A stretch of 64,000 bases of DNA from a virus (lineage: Duplodnaviria; Caudoviricetes), in the IMG/VR virus record IMGVR_UViG_3300037467_003067, positions 192,001 through 256,000 of that record. One strand, 5' to 3'. How positions within the stretch are numbered: the first letter of the stretch is position 1; every line of letters begins with the position of its first letter. Shown here piece after piece: positions 54,178 through 63,452 of this stretch. A model generated the notes under the pieces. The model was not told where the DNA came from. It was given only the letters and a program-made list of their open reading frames with translations, and did no database searches. Both the position numbers and the translations under genes were made by a program.

Positions 54178-56205
54178 ATGAATATGAATTTCCGAAAATG
54201 GCTTGCTGAAGTTTCTCATGAAGACCTCGCGAAGATCGGGTCTGCCGTCAATATGTCGCTGAAGCAGGCTCGTCGCGAGAACGGCGACAAGGATTCTGCC
54301 GGTCTCCTCTTCGACAACATCTTCGGCAACAAGCTTCGAATCGTAATCCCTTTGGGGGAAGACGAAATCCAGCAGAATCTAAAATATGACCTGGAATCTT
54401 TGGGATACCGGGTCGACTTCAAAACTGGCAATGCCATCTCGACGATCCAGACACAACATGGGACCAAGGAACGGTCGGAGCGATTAGGGTCTCTGATCGG
54501 AAAGTTGGCGAAGAAGAGTCCCGAGGAAGCGGAGAAGTGGAAGAAATACCTCAGTTGGTGGGAGAAGAACAAGGTTGGTCTTTCAAAGCCCCAATCTGGC
54601 GGTGTGTCGATCATCATCTCGCGAAGTCCGATCGACATCGTCCGCATGAGCGACCACTCGGAATGGTCTTCTTGTCACAGTCCAGGGAACTCTTACTACA
54701 AGTGCGCCATTCAGGAAGCCAAGACCGGTGGGGCGATAGCCTATGTAGTAAGGAACTCCGACCTTGCCACGGTCAAGGACCTTCAAGCCAAGGACATCTT
54801 CAAGGACCGTGATCGATACATCAAAGGCATCGAGCCGCTGGAGAGGTTGAGGCTGCGGTATTTCAGTGATGATGATAAAAACATAGATCTATTGATACCG
54901 GATAAGAGGGTTTACGGGACGCAACACGTCGGGTTCGTCGATGCGGTCCTGAAGTGGTCGCGTCATGCCCAGAGGAACTTGGTCGACTTCAAGAACCCCC
55001 CCGATTTCAGTGACTTTGACCTCCATGGCGGCAGCTATCAGGACACGTCGGCATCGACGCTCTGGAACGCTTTCTTCGGCACCGACAAGGCAGTCGGCAA
55101 CAAGAGGTCGGTAGACCAAGACGAAGAATCCGAGAAAGACGAAGACAATGCCGAAGCGATGTACAATCAGGCGCAGCAGCAGCTTGAGGAAAGGCATTTC
55201 AAGCATTGGCATGTTTACATTTACGAACCTGATGGTGAGGAAGGCGAGCAATTAAGCTACTCGGCAGGGGTCCACTTCTCATTTTCCAAGCACGAGTTCC
55301 TCAAACCCCCCGATGAAAAATTGGCGAGTCAGATCGGGAGGGAATACTATCGAATCATCGACGCCCCCGGCAATTTGGAGAATCAAGAATTAGATTACCG
55401 CAATGGAAGTTATAATTTCGTGTTCGATTTCAGTGGGCATGGAGATTTGGAAGATTTCGAACACTTCTTGGACGCGGTTGCAACCCTCGACGACAAGTAC
55501 GATAACGACAGGGGATTGGTCCGCGAATTCTTGATCCAGGCTGAATACCTCCCCGACTGGCGTGACCACTTCGCCGACCAACAATTCGACCACTTCTCGT
55601 TCGAGTGGGAAGACAACGCAGGTGGAGCGGACGTGACCGAAGTCAAGAGCGATCTGATGCTGATAGGTGACCTCCAAGGTCTGGAAAAGGAGCGTGTCAT
55701 ACTCGACAGGAAAATATCAGTCAGCGGATACATGAGTGGAATAAGTTTCTATGATAGAAAACTAGGTCTTATGGATGGTTACTTAAAAAATTCAATGCGT
55801 ATGATATTGCCACCATTTATAAAAGACGAAAATATTCTTATAGTTTCAAATAGAATAGAAATAATGAAGAACATGGAACAAGGCGAGATGTATACGACGC
55901 CGGTCCAAGTTTATTTACAGATAAATATTCCAATTGAGAATGCGGACAACTATCGCAAATTGATAGCTGGTGTCAAGTATCTCGACAAGAATTGGGTGTT
56001 CTTCTACCAGAAACTATATGCCTGGTTCGAAAAATTCAAGGCGAGTATCATGTCCCATCCGGAACCTAGACAACAGGGCTTGGCACTTCCGTCAGTGTTG
56101 CGGCGGGAGTTGCCGCCGAGGCGACCGAAGTCGACCCACACCCAGATGCAACTCCCGTTCCCTCAGGAGGAACACACCCTAGCATTCTCCAAGTGGTTCT
56201 TCTGA
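54178..56205 (+). CDS. Large hypothetical protein, possible virion-internal protein
   Basis: MNMNFRKWLAE; ISRSPIDIVRMSD..WSSCH motif. Confidence 0.75.
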   Translation: MNMNFRKWLAEVSHEDLAKIGSAVNMSLKQARRENGDKDSAGLLFDNIFGNKLRIVIPLGEDEIQQNLKYDLESLGYRVDFKTGNAISTIQTQHGTKERSERLGSLIGKLAKKSPEEAEKWKKYLSWWEKNKVGLSKPQSGGVSIIISRSPIDIVRMSDHSEWSSCHSPGNSYYKCAIQEAKTGGAIAYVVRNSDLATVKDLQAKDIFKDRDRYIKGIEPLERLRLRYFSDDDKNIDLLIPDKRVYGTQHVGFVDAVLKWSRHAQRNLVDFKNPPDFSDFDLHGGSYQDTSASTLWNAFFGTDKAVGNKRSVDQDEESEKDEDNAEAMYNQAQQQLEERHFKHWHVYIYEPDGEEGEQLSYSAGVHFSFSKHEFLKPPDEKLASQIGREYYRIIDAPGNLENQELDYRNGSYNFVFDFSGHGDLEDFEHFLDAVATLDDKYDNDRGLVREFLIQAEYLPDWRDHFADQQFDHFSFEWEDNAGGADVTEVKSDLMLIGDLQGLEKERVILDRKISVSGYMSGISFYDRKLGLMDGYLKNSMRMILPPFIKDENILIVSNRIEIMKNMEQGEMYTTPVQVYLQINIPIENADNYRKLIAGVKYLDKNWVFFYQKLYAWFEKFKASIMSHPEPRQQGLALPSVLRRELPPRRPKSTHTQMQLPFPQEEHTLAFSKWFF

Positions 56206-56206
56206 A

Positions 56207-56941
56207 CTAAACGAATTCCTGAGGGAACTTGGTGCGGAATTCGGCTTGGGTCTCGGGGGTGATGTCCTTCACGTAGATCGCGAGGTCGATAGCCGAGAAG
56301 TATTCGGCTATTTTTAGGTCCTGAAAGGCGGCACGGCAGAACGGCGACATCAGAACGTAATAGGGGCTGACCTTACCCAAGACCACCCATCGCCTGAGGT
56401 TGTTCGTCTTGACCATATCGACGACATCGGACTTCGACGGCGACGGGTTGTAGAACCGGGAGAGGAACGTCTTGGTCCGATCGAGGTCTTGCGCGATCTT
56501 GAACAGGGGAGTTCGTTCCTCTACCTCCCGCTGCTGGTTCTGTTCGCGTTTTGCGACCTCGTATTTCCGACGCCAGATCTTCCACCTGACCCACGCCTTC
56601 TCACCGCACAGGCACACGGGATCGATCAGGACATGCGAACCATTGGGTCGCTTGATCCCTTTGAGTATCTCAAGCTGCGCACGGATATAGTGAACGAGGT
56701 CGGCTTCTTCGAGGACGCCTTTGGTTTCCCTGAGGAGTTTCCAAGCGATCTTGAAGAGGTGGCACTTGCGAGGGTCGCCGTCTTTTGGTAATCTTGAATA
56801 CTTGTAATCAGGCAATATCTTCTGGCACATCTTCATCCAGATCAGGCATACCTTGAACGCCTTTGCCTCTTGCTCAGTCATCTTGTAATCGAAAATCGGC
56901 TCAAGAGAGAACATGTTTTCTTCTGGTTCCTTAGATGCCAT
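56207..56941 (-). CDS. Hypothetical protein
   Basis: Long ORF; TAAATA 8 nt upstream. Confidence 0.72.
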   Translation of the reverse strand: MASKEPEENMFSLEPIFDYKMTEQEAKAFKVCLIWMKMCQKILPDYKYSRLPKDGDPRKCHLFKIAWKLLRETKGVLEEADLVHYIRAQLEILKGIKRPNGSHVLIDPVCLCGEKAWVRWKIWRRKYEVAKREQNQQREVEERTPLFKIAQDLDRTKTFLSRFYNPSPSKSDVVDMVKTNNLRRWVVLGKVSPYYVLMSPFCRAAFQDLKIAEYFSAIDLAIYVKDITPETQAEFRTKFPQEFV

Positions 56942-57005
56942 AATGCTTGTATTTATCTGTCTCAGTATAGCAAAATCATTTAGAAATAAAAGGTCAAAAA
57001 ATGCC

Positions 57006-57034
57006 TTGACATTAGTTACTTAATATGGTAAATT
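57006..57034 (+). promoter_or_regulatory. sigma70-like promoter with extended -10
   Basis: TTGACA-17 nt-TAAATT with TG. Confidence 0.7.
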
Positions 57035-57040
57035 CCTCCT

Positions 57041-57420
57041 CAGACTTCTTTATGGAGTTTGTAGGTCTAACTCAGTAAGCGAAAAACGACCACCATAAAA
57101 ATTCTCGTAATAAGCAATTAAATAAATTATTGCTGACGCTTTGTCGATGTGGTCTTTAAGCGTGCTTCTGAATAATGCAAGCATATTCTTGCAGATAGCT
57201 GTGCCCACTGGTTTACGTCGGACCAGCATTCTAGATGTGTGATAATTTAAATCCAGGCAACGTGTAACCTCACGACCTGGTGGGTAATACGAAACACACT
57301 GCTAGGACAGCTTAAGATTCTACCTGGACTTGGGACCTAGAACTTTACTAGGAATTACCCATAAAGGCGACGGTCTATATAGAGACCAGAATTTACTAAG
57401 TATCAAATGGATTTGAGTAG
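57041..57420 (+). ncRNA. Unidentified large structured RNA (~380 nt)
   Basis: ORF-free interval behind promoter, about 10 nested helices and an 8-bp pseudoknot. Confidence 0.65.
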
Positions 57421-57426
57421 TTAATC

Positions 57427-58293
57427 ATGGCATTATTTCGCTATCCAGGTTGTAAGGGCAAGGTCTCCAAAGTCATCTCAACTTCTCTGGCAAAATACGC
57501 TGAAGATCATCCTGAGGCTGAATACCGTGAGCCGTTCTTCGGAGCCGGTGGCATCGGATTTGAGTTGCTAAAAAATGAATACCCCGAAAAGGTCTGGTTC
57601 AATGATCGTGACCTCACGATCTGTGCCGTATGGAATTCGATCTATCAGAACCCCGAGGAATTGAAGGAACGACTTGAGGCATTCACCCCTTCGGTCGATG
57701 CCTATTTTGAATTCAAGGAATTTTTGCTGAAGATTTCGGAACCTGGTGATCTAGATAACTACCCACTCACAGAAATCGCCTTCAAGAAAATCGCCTGCCA
57801 TCAGATGTCTTATTCGGGTCTTGGAACCAAGGCGGGCGGTCCCATCGGGGGCGTCGGACAAAAAAGTAACTATGGCGTCGGTTGCCGCTATAGCGTCAAA
57901 ACCCTTTTCAAGAACATCGCCAAGATTCGGGAATTAATTCAGCATCGCTTCACACATCAGACTGATTTCTGTACAGCATTGGATTTTGAAGAAGTTATCC
58001 ATGACCAGTCGTGTCCTGCGTTCCTTTACCTCGACCCTCCCTACTACGAGAAAGGTCCGGACCTCTACCAGTTCAGCTTTGACCAAAGCGACCATGAGCG
58101 CCTGGCTGTCGCCCTCAAAGGTTGCCAGCATCCCTGGCTGCTGTCCTACGATGATCATCCCGAGGTGGTCCGGCTCTACGAGGGATGGGCTGTCATAAGT
58201 ACCTTAAATTTCACTTACACTATCAATGCTAAGAATGGCGGAGTTAAGAAGCGTGAGTTACTGATCGGCAGTCCCGGATGGGAAGGAATCTGA
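57427..58293 (+). CDS. Dam-like (D12 class) adenine methyltransferase
   Basis: FRYPGCK, EPFFGAG, YLDPPY, LLSYD. Confidence 0.9.
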   Translation: MALFRYPGCKGKVSKVISTSLAKYAEDHPEAEYREPFFGAGGIGFELLKNEYPEKVWFNDRDLTICAVWNSIYQNPEELKERLEAFTPSVDAYFEFKEFLLKISEPGDLDNYPLTEIAFKKIACHQMSYSGLGTKAGGPIGGVGQKSNYGVGCRYSVKTLFKNIAKIRELIQHRFTHQTDFCTALDFEEVIHDQSCPAFLYLDPPYYEKGPDLYQFSFDQSDHERLAVALKGCQHPWLLSYDDHPEVVRLYEGWAVISTLNFTYTINAKNGGVKKRELLIGSPGWEGI

Positions 58294-58295
58294 CA

Positions 58296-58415
58296 ATGTT
58301 CTTGATCAATGTTTCGATAGGCGTCGGAGCATTCCTCGGTTTCATATTCGCGATCTATCTGGTCGCATGGGTCGTAGAGAAGATTGGGCATCACACATGG
58401 AAAACCAGGCAGTAA
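58296..58415 (+). CDS. Small single-TM protein (not in ORF track)
   Basis: MFLINVSIGVGAFLGFIFAIYLVAWVVEKIGHHTWKTRQ. Confidence 0.5.
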   Translation: MFLINVSIGVGAFLGFIFAIYLVAWVVEKIGHHTWKTRQ

Positions 58416-59704
58416 CGCAGGATCGAGTGGTCATAGCACAGAACTTGCACAAGACCGTCAATGGTGTGCCTGTCGTCTACCTGAAGCTCAACCCGGAATA
58501 TCCCGACTTCACTGCACATGCCCCCGGAACGATCGAGGTCATGTCGCCCCATGGAAAGACCTCGATTCCATTTGACCGGCACACGATCTGGGACGCGATG
58601 AGCCTGCTCGAAGTCGCCGTGTTTGACGAGATCGTGATCGCCTGGAACTTCAAGAACTTGGCGACTTATGCCCGACACCATATGAAGCGGATTGGCAAGT
58701 TCGATTTCAAATTGCTCGACCTGAAGCTGATCGAGGCATTCTGCGGCAAGAGGGGCGAGAAGTCCCCTGAGAGCTTCCAGGACGCCCAGAGGCGGATGGT
58801 CGAGGCGGCAACCAATACAAGCTGGAAGCGCGTCCACGAGGGCATTCACTTGCCCCTGGCGAAGCGCGTGGTTCCAGCCTTGGAATGCGAGGGCATCATC
58901 GACACGATCGGTCGTCGGACGGTCTATGCGAGCTACGAGATCGACTGGACGGTGACCGGGAGGATGGCGTGTCGGCTCATGACCAGGGGGTACAGCCCGC
59001 ACGCCGACTGCAATTCGGCACGTTACAAGCCTCGCGGCGAGGAGGAAGTCGTGGTCTACTTCGATTACCGCGCCATGGAAGTCGGGATGATCCAGTGGCT
59101 TTCCGGCGACGAGGAACTGAAATCTCTGTTGAATTCAGGTCAAGATGTCTACGAGGGGTCCTGGTACAAGTTGACGAACCTGACCAACATGCCCAAGGAC
59201 TGGAAGCTGAGTTTCCTCGCCTACTTCTTCGGCATGGGGGCTGAGGCGATGTCGGCACGGCATGGCTGGTCGCTTGAGGTCAGCAAGGAGATGATGTCGA
59301 GGATGAGCAAGGTGTTCTCATCGGCATCTAGCTACCTCAGGGAGGTCAGGAAGCAGGCTGGCAACGAGGTGGTTAAGGATTTCTTCGGGCGACCACGGGA
59401 CTGTCGCAACGAGCCGCACAAAGCGCAGAATTTCGTGATCCAGTCCCCGGCGAGCATCGTCTGCCTGGAGAAGATGATCCAGCTTCACGACAACTGCCCG
59501 GCGTTCTCCCGCCCGGCATTCCATGTTCACGACGGATGCGCCTTGATCTGCGATGTCAAGGTGGTCCGAGAGGTCTGTAGGCAAGCGTTGGCGATTCTCG
59601 AATCCGAGAGCGCGTTCTGTCCCGGAATCCGACTCAAGGCGTCAGCCAAGGTCGGCAAGCATTTTGGCAATAAGATCCTGATTCCCGAAGAGTGGAGGGT
59701 GTGA
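58397..59704 (+). CDS. Degenerate family A DNA polymerase-like protein
   Basis: TVTGR, motif A FDYRAME, motif B K..F..FFG, FFGRPR, NFVIQS, motif C VHDG. Confidence 0.8.
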   Translation: MENQAVTQDRVVIAQNLHKTVNGVPVVYLKLNPEYPDFTAHAPGTIEVMSPHGKTSIPFDRHTIWDAMSLLEVAVFDEIVIAWNFKNLATYARHHMKRIGKFDFKLLDLKLIEAFCGKRGEKSPESFQDAQRRMVEAATNTSWKRVHEGIHLPLAKRVVPALECEGIIDTIGRRTVYASYEIDWTVTGRMACRLMTRGYSPHADCNSARYKPRGEEEVVVYFDYRAMEVGMIQWLSGDEELKSLLNSGQDVYEGSWYKLTNLTNMPKDWKLSFLAYFFGMGAEAMSARHGWSLEVSKEMMSRMSKVFSSASSYLREVRKQAGNEVVKDFFGRPRDCRNEPHKAQNFVIQSPASIVCLEKMIQLHDNCPAFSRPAFHVHDGCALICDVKVVREVCRQALAILESESAFCPGIRLKASAKVGKHFGNKILIPEEWRV

Positions 59705-59877
59705 TGGAAGTGCTGATATTGCTTTTCATGTTGATGTGTATGTCGAGCGACAAACCTCCACAGTCCAGCAAGTATGACGGGCTCAAGGCATTGGGCTGCC
59801 TCGGAGTCGTCCTTCTGGTCTTGATCAGTCTTGTCTGTGGTATTTTCTATTTCGGCTATTGGTGGGCTTCTCACTGA
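59701..59877 (+). CDS. Small membrane protein
   Basis: Two hydrophobic segments. Confidence 0.55.
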   Translation: MMEVLILLFMLMCMSSDKPPQSSKYDGLKALGCLGVVLLVLISLVCGIFYFGYWWASH

Positions 59878-59932
59878 TACGCCTCTTGCAAATTCTTGCG
59901 TTGTTTTACTATTCGTTTCCCTTAGGAGTATC

Positions 59933-60490
59933 ATGAAATCGATTTGCGAACAATTTCCGTTGACTAATGCGGAATGGATGGAGTTGGAAGATAAGCTCGA
60001 TAATCTTGTGCGATATGCAGCTTGGCAGTTGCTTAAGATGAATGCCAAGAACAGCCACACCGACGAGATCGATGACGTCACGCAGGAATTGCGATGGTCG
60101 ATCTATCTGGCTGGTTGTTATTCCAAGAGGCAGGTTTACATTGAATCATGCTTCAAGGTAGCGAAAAAGTACGTCAAGGATATCGTGGTTTCCGACATCG
60201 TCCAGGAGCTAGAAGATCTGTGGAATAACCGGACTAGACATGGTGCGGGTCGGGTCAAATATGGTGACTTCCAGCAGGAGTTGCTGGAACGGATCATAGA
60301 CCAATATGTACCGGATGAGGAGAAGCCGGACCGCAACAAGGTCCTGAAAGTCGATTCGAAGTTCATGATTTATTGCAAATCGATCCTCTGGAATTCCAAG
60401 AAATCAATGGGTAAGAAGATCAGTCGCGAGAAGTCCTGGCGTACGGGACTCGTGTCATTGTCAGAGTTTGACCACCTCGCGAGTGCTTGA
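59933..60490 (+). CDS. Hypothetical protein, possibly sigma region-2-like
   Basis: LVRYAA..DDVTQE..KFMIYCKSILWN; SD AGGAG. Confidence 0.5.
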   Translation: MKSICEQFPLTNAEWMELEDKLDNLVRYAAWQLLKMNAKNSHTDEIDDVTQELRWSIYLAGCYSKRQVYIESCFKVAKKYVKDIVVSDIVQELEDLWNNRTRHGAGRVKYGDFQQELLERIIDQYVPDEEKPDRNKVLKVDSKFMIYCKSILWNSKKSMGKKISREKSWRTGLVSLSEFDHLASA

Positions 60491-60517
60491 GTGGTCGAAA
60501 AATTTGAGGAGTTTGTG

Positions 60518-61171
60518 ATGAGTTACGATTATTCGGGTTACGGTTGGATCAAGGTTAAGAGATTCACCTTTGATGAAAACAAAGGTCTTAAAGACAACTA
60601 TGATGCTCTCGACAAACATCATATCGAAGAGACCACTTTCTTGATCAACGAAGTGCGAAAGTTAGCAGCAATCCTCAATGAGAAAGATCGCAGTTCCAAG
60701 CAATACTGTGTCGGAGTGGTCAATACTTCGGGAGCGAAAGTGTATTATGCGGGGCGTGATTATTTTGCTGACATTCCATTGTGGACGTCTAACATAAATT
60801 CGGCAATGAAGTACGCCCATAATATCGCTCTTGAAGAATGTGAACAATGGAATGCCAAGTTGAAGTCGAATTTCTTGTCGTATCACGTAGTCGAATTTGA
60901 ACCAAATGGCGTTGATCAATCCGCTGGCTACCACACCAAGCCTATCGCCAAGGGCGTCCTCGGAGAAGTCTCCAAGATCGAAGAGGAGTTGGAGGAATTC
61001 AAGGACGCCCTTGCCCAAGACTGCAAGGTCATGGCTCTGGTCGAATTGTCGGACATGGTCGGGGCGATCAAAGCCTACCTCGACAAGAACCATCCCGAAC
61101 TTTCTCTGGGTGACCTCGAACGGATGGCTCAGATCACTAAGCGTGCCTTTAATTCGGGAGCGAGGAAGTGA
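60518..61171 (+). CDS. Hypothetical protein with C-terminal MazG-like helices
   Basis: KIEEELEEF..ELSD. Confidence 0.55.
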   Translation: MSYDYSGYGWIKVKRFTFDENKGLKDNYDALDKHHIEETTFLINEVRKLAAILNEKDRSSKQYCVGVVNTSGAKVYYAGRDYFADIPLWTSNINSAMKYAHNIALEECEQWNAKLKSNFLSYHVVEFEPNGVDQSAGYHTKPIAKGVLGEVSKIEEELEEFKDALAQDCKVMALVELSDMVGAIKAYLDKNHPELSLGDLERMAQITKRAFNSGARK

Positions 61172-61944
61172 TCATCTCCTATCGAAAATTGGTCAAGGCT
61201 TTGGAATTCTATCGATCCAGAGGCTTCGGGTATATCGATGTTCCCTGGATCGTGGGTGACGAGTCTTATGGTGTGACCAAGCCTGCCAACTCACGAGATT
61301 TCTCGACCTTTGCCGGGAATCTCGTAGCTTCCGGCGAGCAGTCGTTCCTGGATAAGATGCTGGCTGGAAAAATGCCTTACGGCAGGTCCGCCTGTATCAC
61401 GCCTTGCTTCCGCGACGAACTAGTTCAAGACCAATTCCATCTCCAATATTTCATGAAGGTGGAACTGATCTATTTCGGCAAAGAAGAGAGATTGGCTCGC
61501 GAATTGGATACAATGATCGAACACGCCAGGCAGTTCTTCTCGCAATACTTAGGATTAGAGAACATCCAGAGGGTTGAGACGCCCGAAGGCGTCGACCTCA
61601 TGTCCCAAGGTATTGAACTTGGGTCTTACGGGATTAGACGGTATAAGAACTATGCTTGGGTCTACGGCACGGGCTGTGCTGAGCAGAGGCTCTCCCAGGT
61701 GATCAGGGCATCCAAGATCAACAATCTTAGGTGGAATCTTGGCGTTTTGGACGGCAAACCGATCTGGCGGATGAATTTGGAGAATGAGATTGGTGCTTTT
61801 GTCGTACAAGAAGACCAAGGTTGGCGGTACGAGGCGTGGTGCCTGCAGACCAACAACATGATTTTCAGCAAGACAGGCAATAATCTTGAAGAGTGCAAGG
61901 AGATCGTGGAAGGTTGCATACGCGGTGAATTATGTGTAATTTGA
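61168..61944 (+). CDS. Stand-alone class II aaRS-like catalytic domain
   Basis: ASGEQSF, PCFRDE..H..YFMKVEL (motif 2), ELGSYG, GTGCAEQRL (motif 3). Confidence 0.7.
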   Translation: MIISYRKLVKALEFYRSRGFGYIDVPWIVGDESYGVTKPANSRDFSTFAGNLVASGEQSFLDKMLAGKMPYGRSACITPCFRDELVQDQFHLQYFMKVELIYFGKEERLARELDTMIEHARQFFSQYLGLENIQRVETPEGVDLMSQGIELGSYGIRRYKNYAWVYGTGCAEQRLSQVIRASKINNLRWNLGVLDGKPIWRMNLENEIGAFVVQEDQGWRYEAWCLQTNNMIFSKTGNNLEECKEIVEGCIRGELCVI

Positions 61945-62012
61945 ATCAATATGACTAAATACAAAGCCATGAAAATGATTTAGAATTTAACATAAAATAA
62001 GGGAGGTAAGCT

Positions 62013-62402
62013 ATGGTGAAGGTTAATGAATTATTCTCACAGGTTGCCTCCAAAACGACGCATTTTGCTGGTAGTCATTTCGCCTTTCTTGGTGCCTCCA
62101 TATCGATTATAATCTGGCTCGGATTCGGACCAGCTTACCACTGGTCCGACAGCTACCAATTGGTAGCGAATTCTGGGACCACAATCATCACCTATCTCAT
62201 GGTCTTCCTGATTCAGAACACCCAGAATCGGGAGAATCGCATTCAGCAACTAAAACTTGACGCGATCCTGTGCGCCCTCAAGGACGCCGACCATCGCCTG
62301 GTCGGCAGTGAAGACCTTTCGGAGAGCGATCTCGCAGAGATCGACCAATTTTATCGCGATATCGCCGAGAGAATTCGCGATAAAATTGACCTTAACAAAT
62401 AA
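62013..62402 (+). CDS. Low-affinity iron permease family protein
   Basis: WSDSYQLVANSGTTIITYLMVFLIQNTQNR..QLKLD. Confidence 0.85.
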   Translation: MVKVNELFSQVASKTTHFAGSHFAFLGASISIIIWLGFGPAYHWSDSYQLVANSGTTIITYLMVFLIQNTQNRENRIQQLKLDAILCALKDADHRLVGSEDLSESDLAEIDQFYRDIAERIRDKIDLNK

Positions 62403-62442
62403 TCAAATTGTAGTATAATGTTTTTTCATGGAGGGAAATGAC

Positions 62443-62670
62443 ATGGTGACGATACTTGGAGCTTTTCTTCTTTATGTAATTTCATCCTATGTAATCGGTT
62501 ATTTTGTGGCTAAGCGGCTTTACCAGAAACATCTCTTGGTAGATGCTGATGATGTGACGGATTTCTTGACCTGGGCACCTCTCAGCGCATGGATTGGGCT
62601 TGCTGTCCTAATTTCTGATAAGTTTAAGGATTTTATAACTCCCAATGTCGATAATTGGAAGCGAGATTAA
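62443..62670 (+). CDS. Small membrane protein
   Basis: Two TMs. Confidence 0.55.
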   Translation: MVTILGAFLLYVISSYVIGYFVAKRLYQKHLLVDADDVTDFLTWAPLSAWIGLAVLISDKFKDFITPNVDNWKRD

Positions 62671-63170
62671 TGACATATTTTAATTATGTGCTTGCTGGAG
62701 TCTTCGGTAGGTACCGGCATAAGATGCTCTTCATCGAGAAGGACCGTCCCAAGAGCCAAGCCGGGCGGATCAACCTGCCCGGTGGCAAGATCGACCCCAC
62801 CGACGCCTCTCCCGAAGATGCGATTCGCCGCGAGCTCAAGGAAGAATGTGGCATCGACCAGTTGGATTCCCTGAACTATCTGGGACGGATTACGGGGCGT
62901 TGGACCGAAGATACGGCTTATAACATCCACTGCTTTAATGCTAGTATTGCATCCTACAGCAACGACTTCGAGATCAAGCCTCGGGAGGGCGAGACCGAAC
63001 GGGTTTTCTGGGAATGTACCCGACTCCCTCAGGTTGACCCCCGATGCCTCCCCAACCTCAGGCTGATCGTGCCGCTGATGAAGGCGGGTGCGTCGAATTG
63101 GGTCATCACGGACGAGAACGACGGGTTCAATGTCCGACCTTATTCTGTGGAATTTAGATTAGAAAGCTAA
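62670..63170 (+). CDS. NUDIX hydrolase
   Basis: PGGKID..DAIRRELKEECG. Confidence 0.9.
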   Translation: MTYFNYVLAGVFGRYRHKMLFIEKDRPKSQAGRINLPGGKIDPTDASPEDAIRRELKEECGIDQLDSLNYLGRITGRWTEDTAYNIHCFNASIASYSNDFEIKPREGETERVFWECTRLPQVDPRCLPNLRLIVPLMKAGASNWVITDENDGFNVRPYSVEFRLES

Positions 63171-63171
63171 A

Positions 63172-63450
63172 ATGAGTAAAGCTGAGTGTCGGTTAGATGA
63201 AGAGCTTTTTTATGATGTAGAAATTCCTCTTGTAGAAGCATTCAGAGAGATATTTTGTGGGAAATATGTAGATTGCGATAGCGAAGGATGGGATAACAAC
63301 GAATTTAACGCTGTTTTATCTCTTCCCTTGGAAGGTGTTCGCCCTGAAGAATATTTAGAAGCCATGGACCTCATCAGGGAAATGGGTCCTGTGTCTTTTA
63401 ATTGGGAAGTGGGTGATGACGACCAGGTTTTGGTGGCAATTGGATTCTAA
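63172..63450 (+). CDS. Acidic hypothetical protein
   Basis: Tightly packed ORF. Confidence 0.6.
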   Translation: MSKAECRLDEELFYDVEIPLVEAFREIFCGKYVDCDSEGWDNNEFNAVLSLPLEGVRPEEYLEAMDLIREMGPVSFNWEVGDDDQVLVAIGF

Positions 63451-63452
63451 TT

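Noticed and set aside
57041-57420. tmRNA, RNase P RNA or group I intron
   Set aside because: No tRNA-like ends or Ala-Ala-ending tag, no GAGGAAAGUCC, and it does not interrupt a gene.
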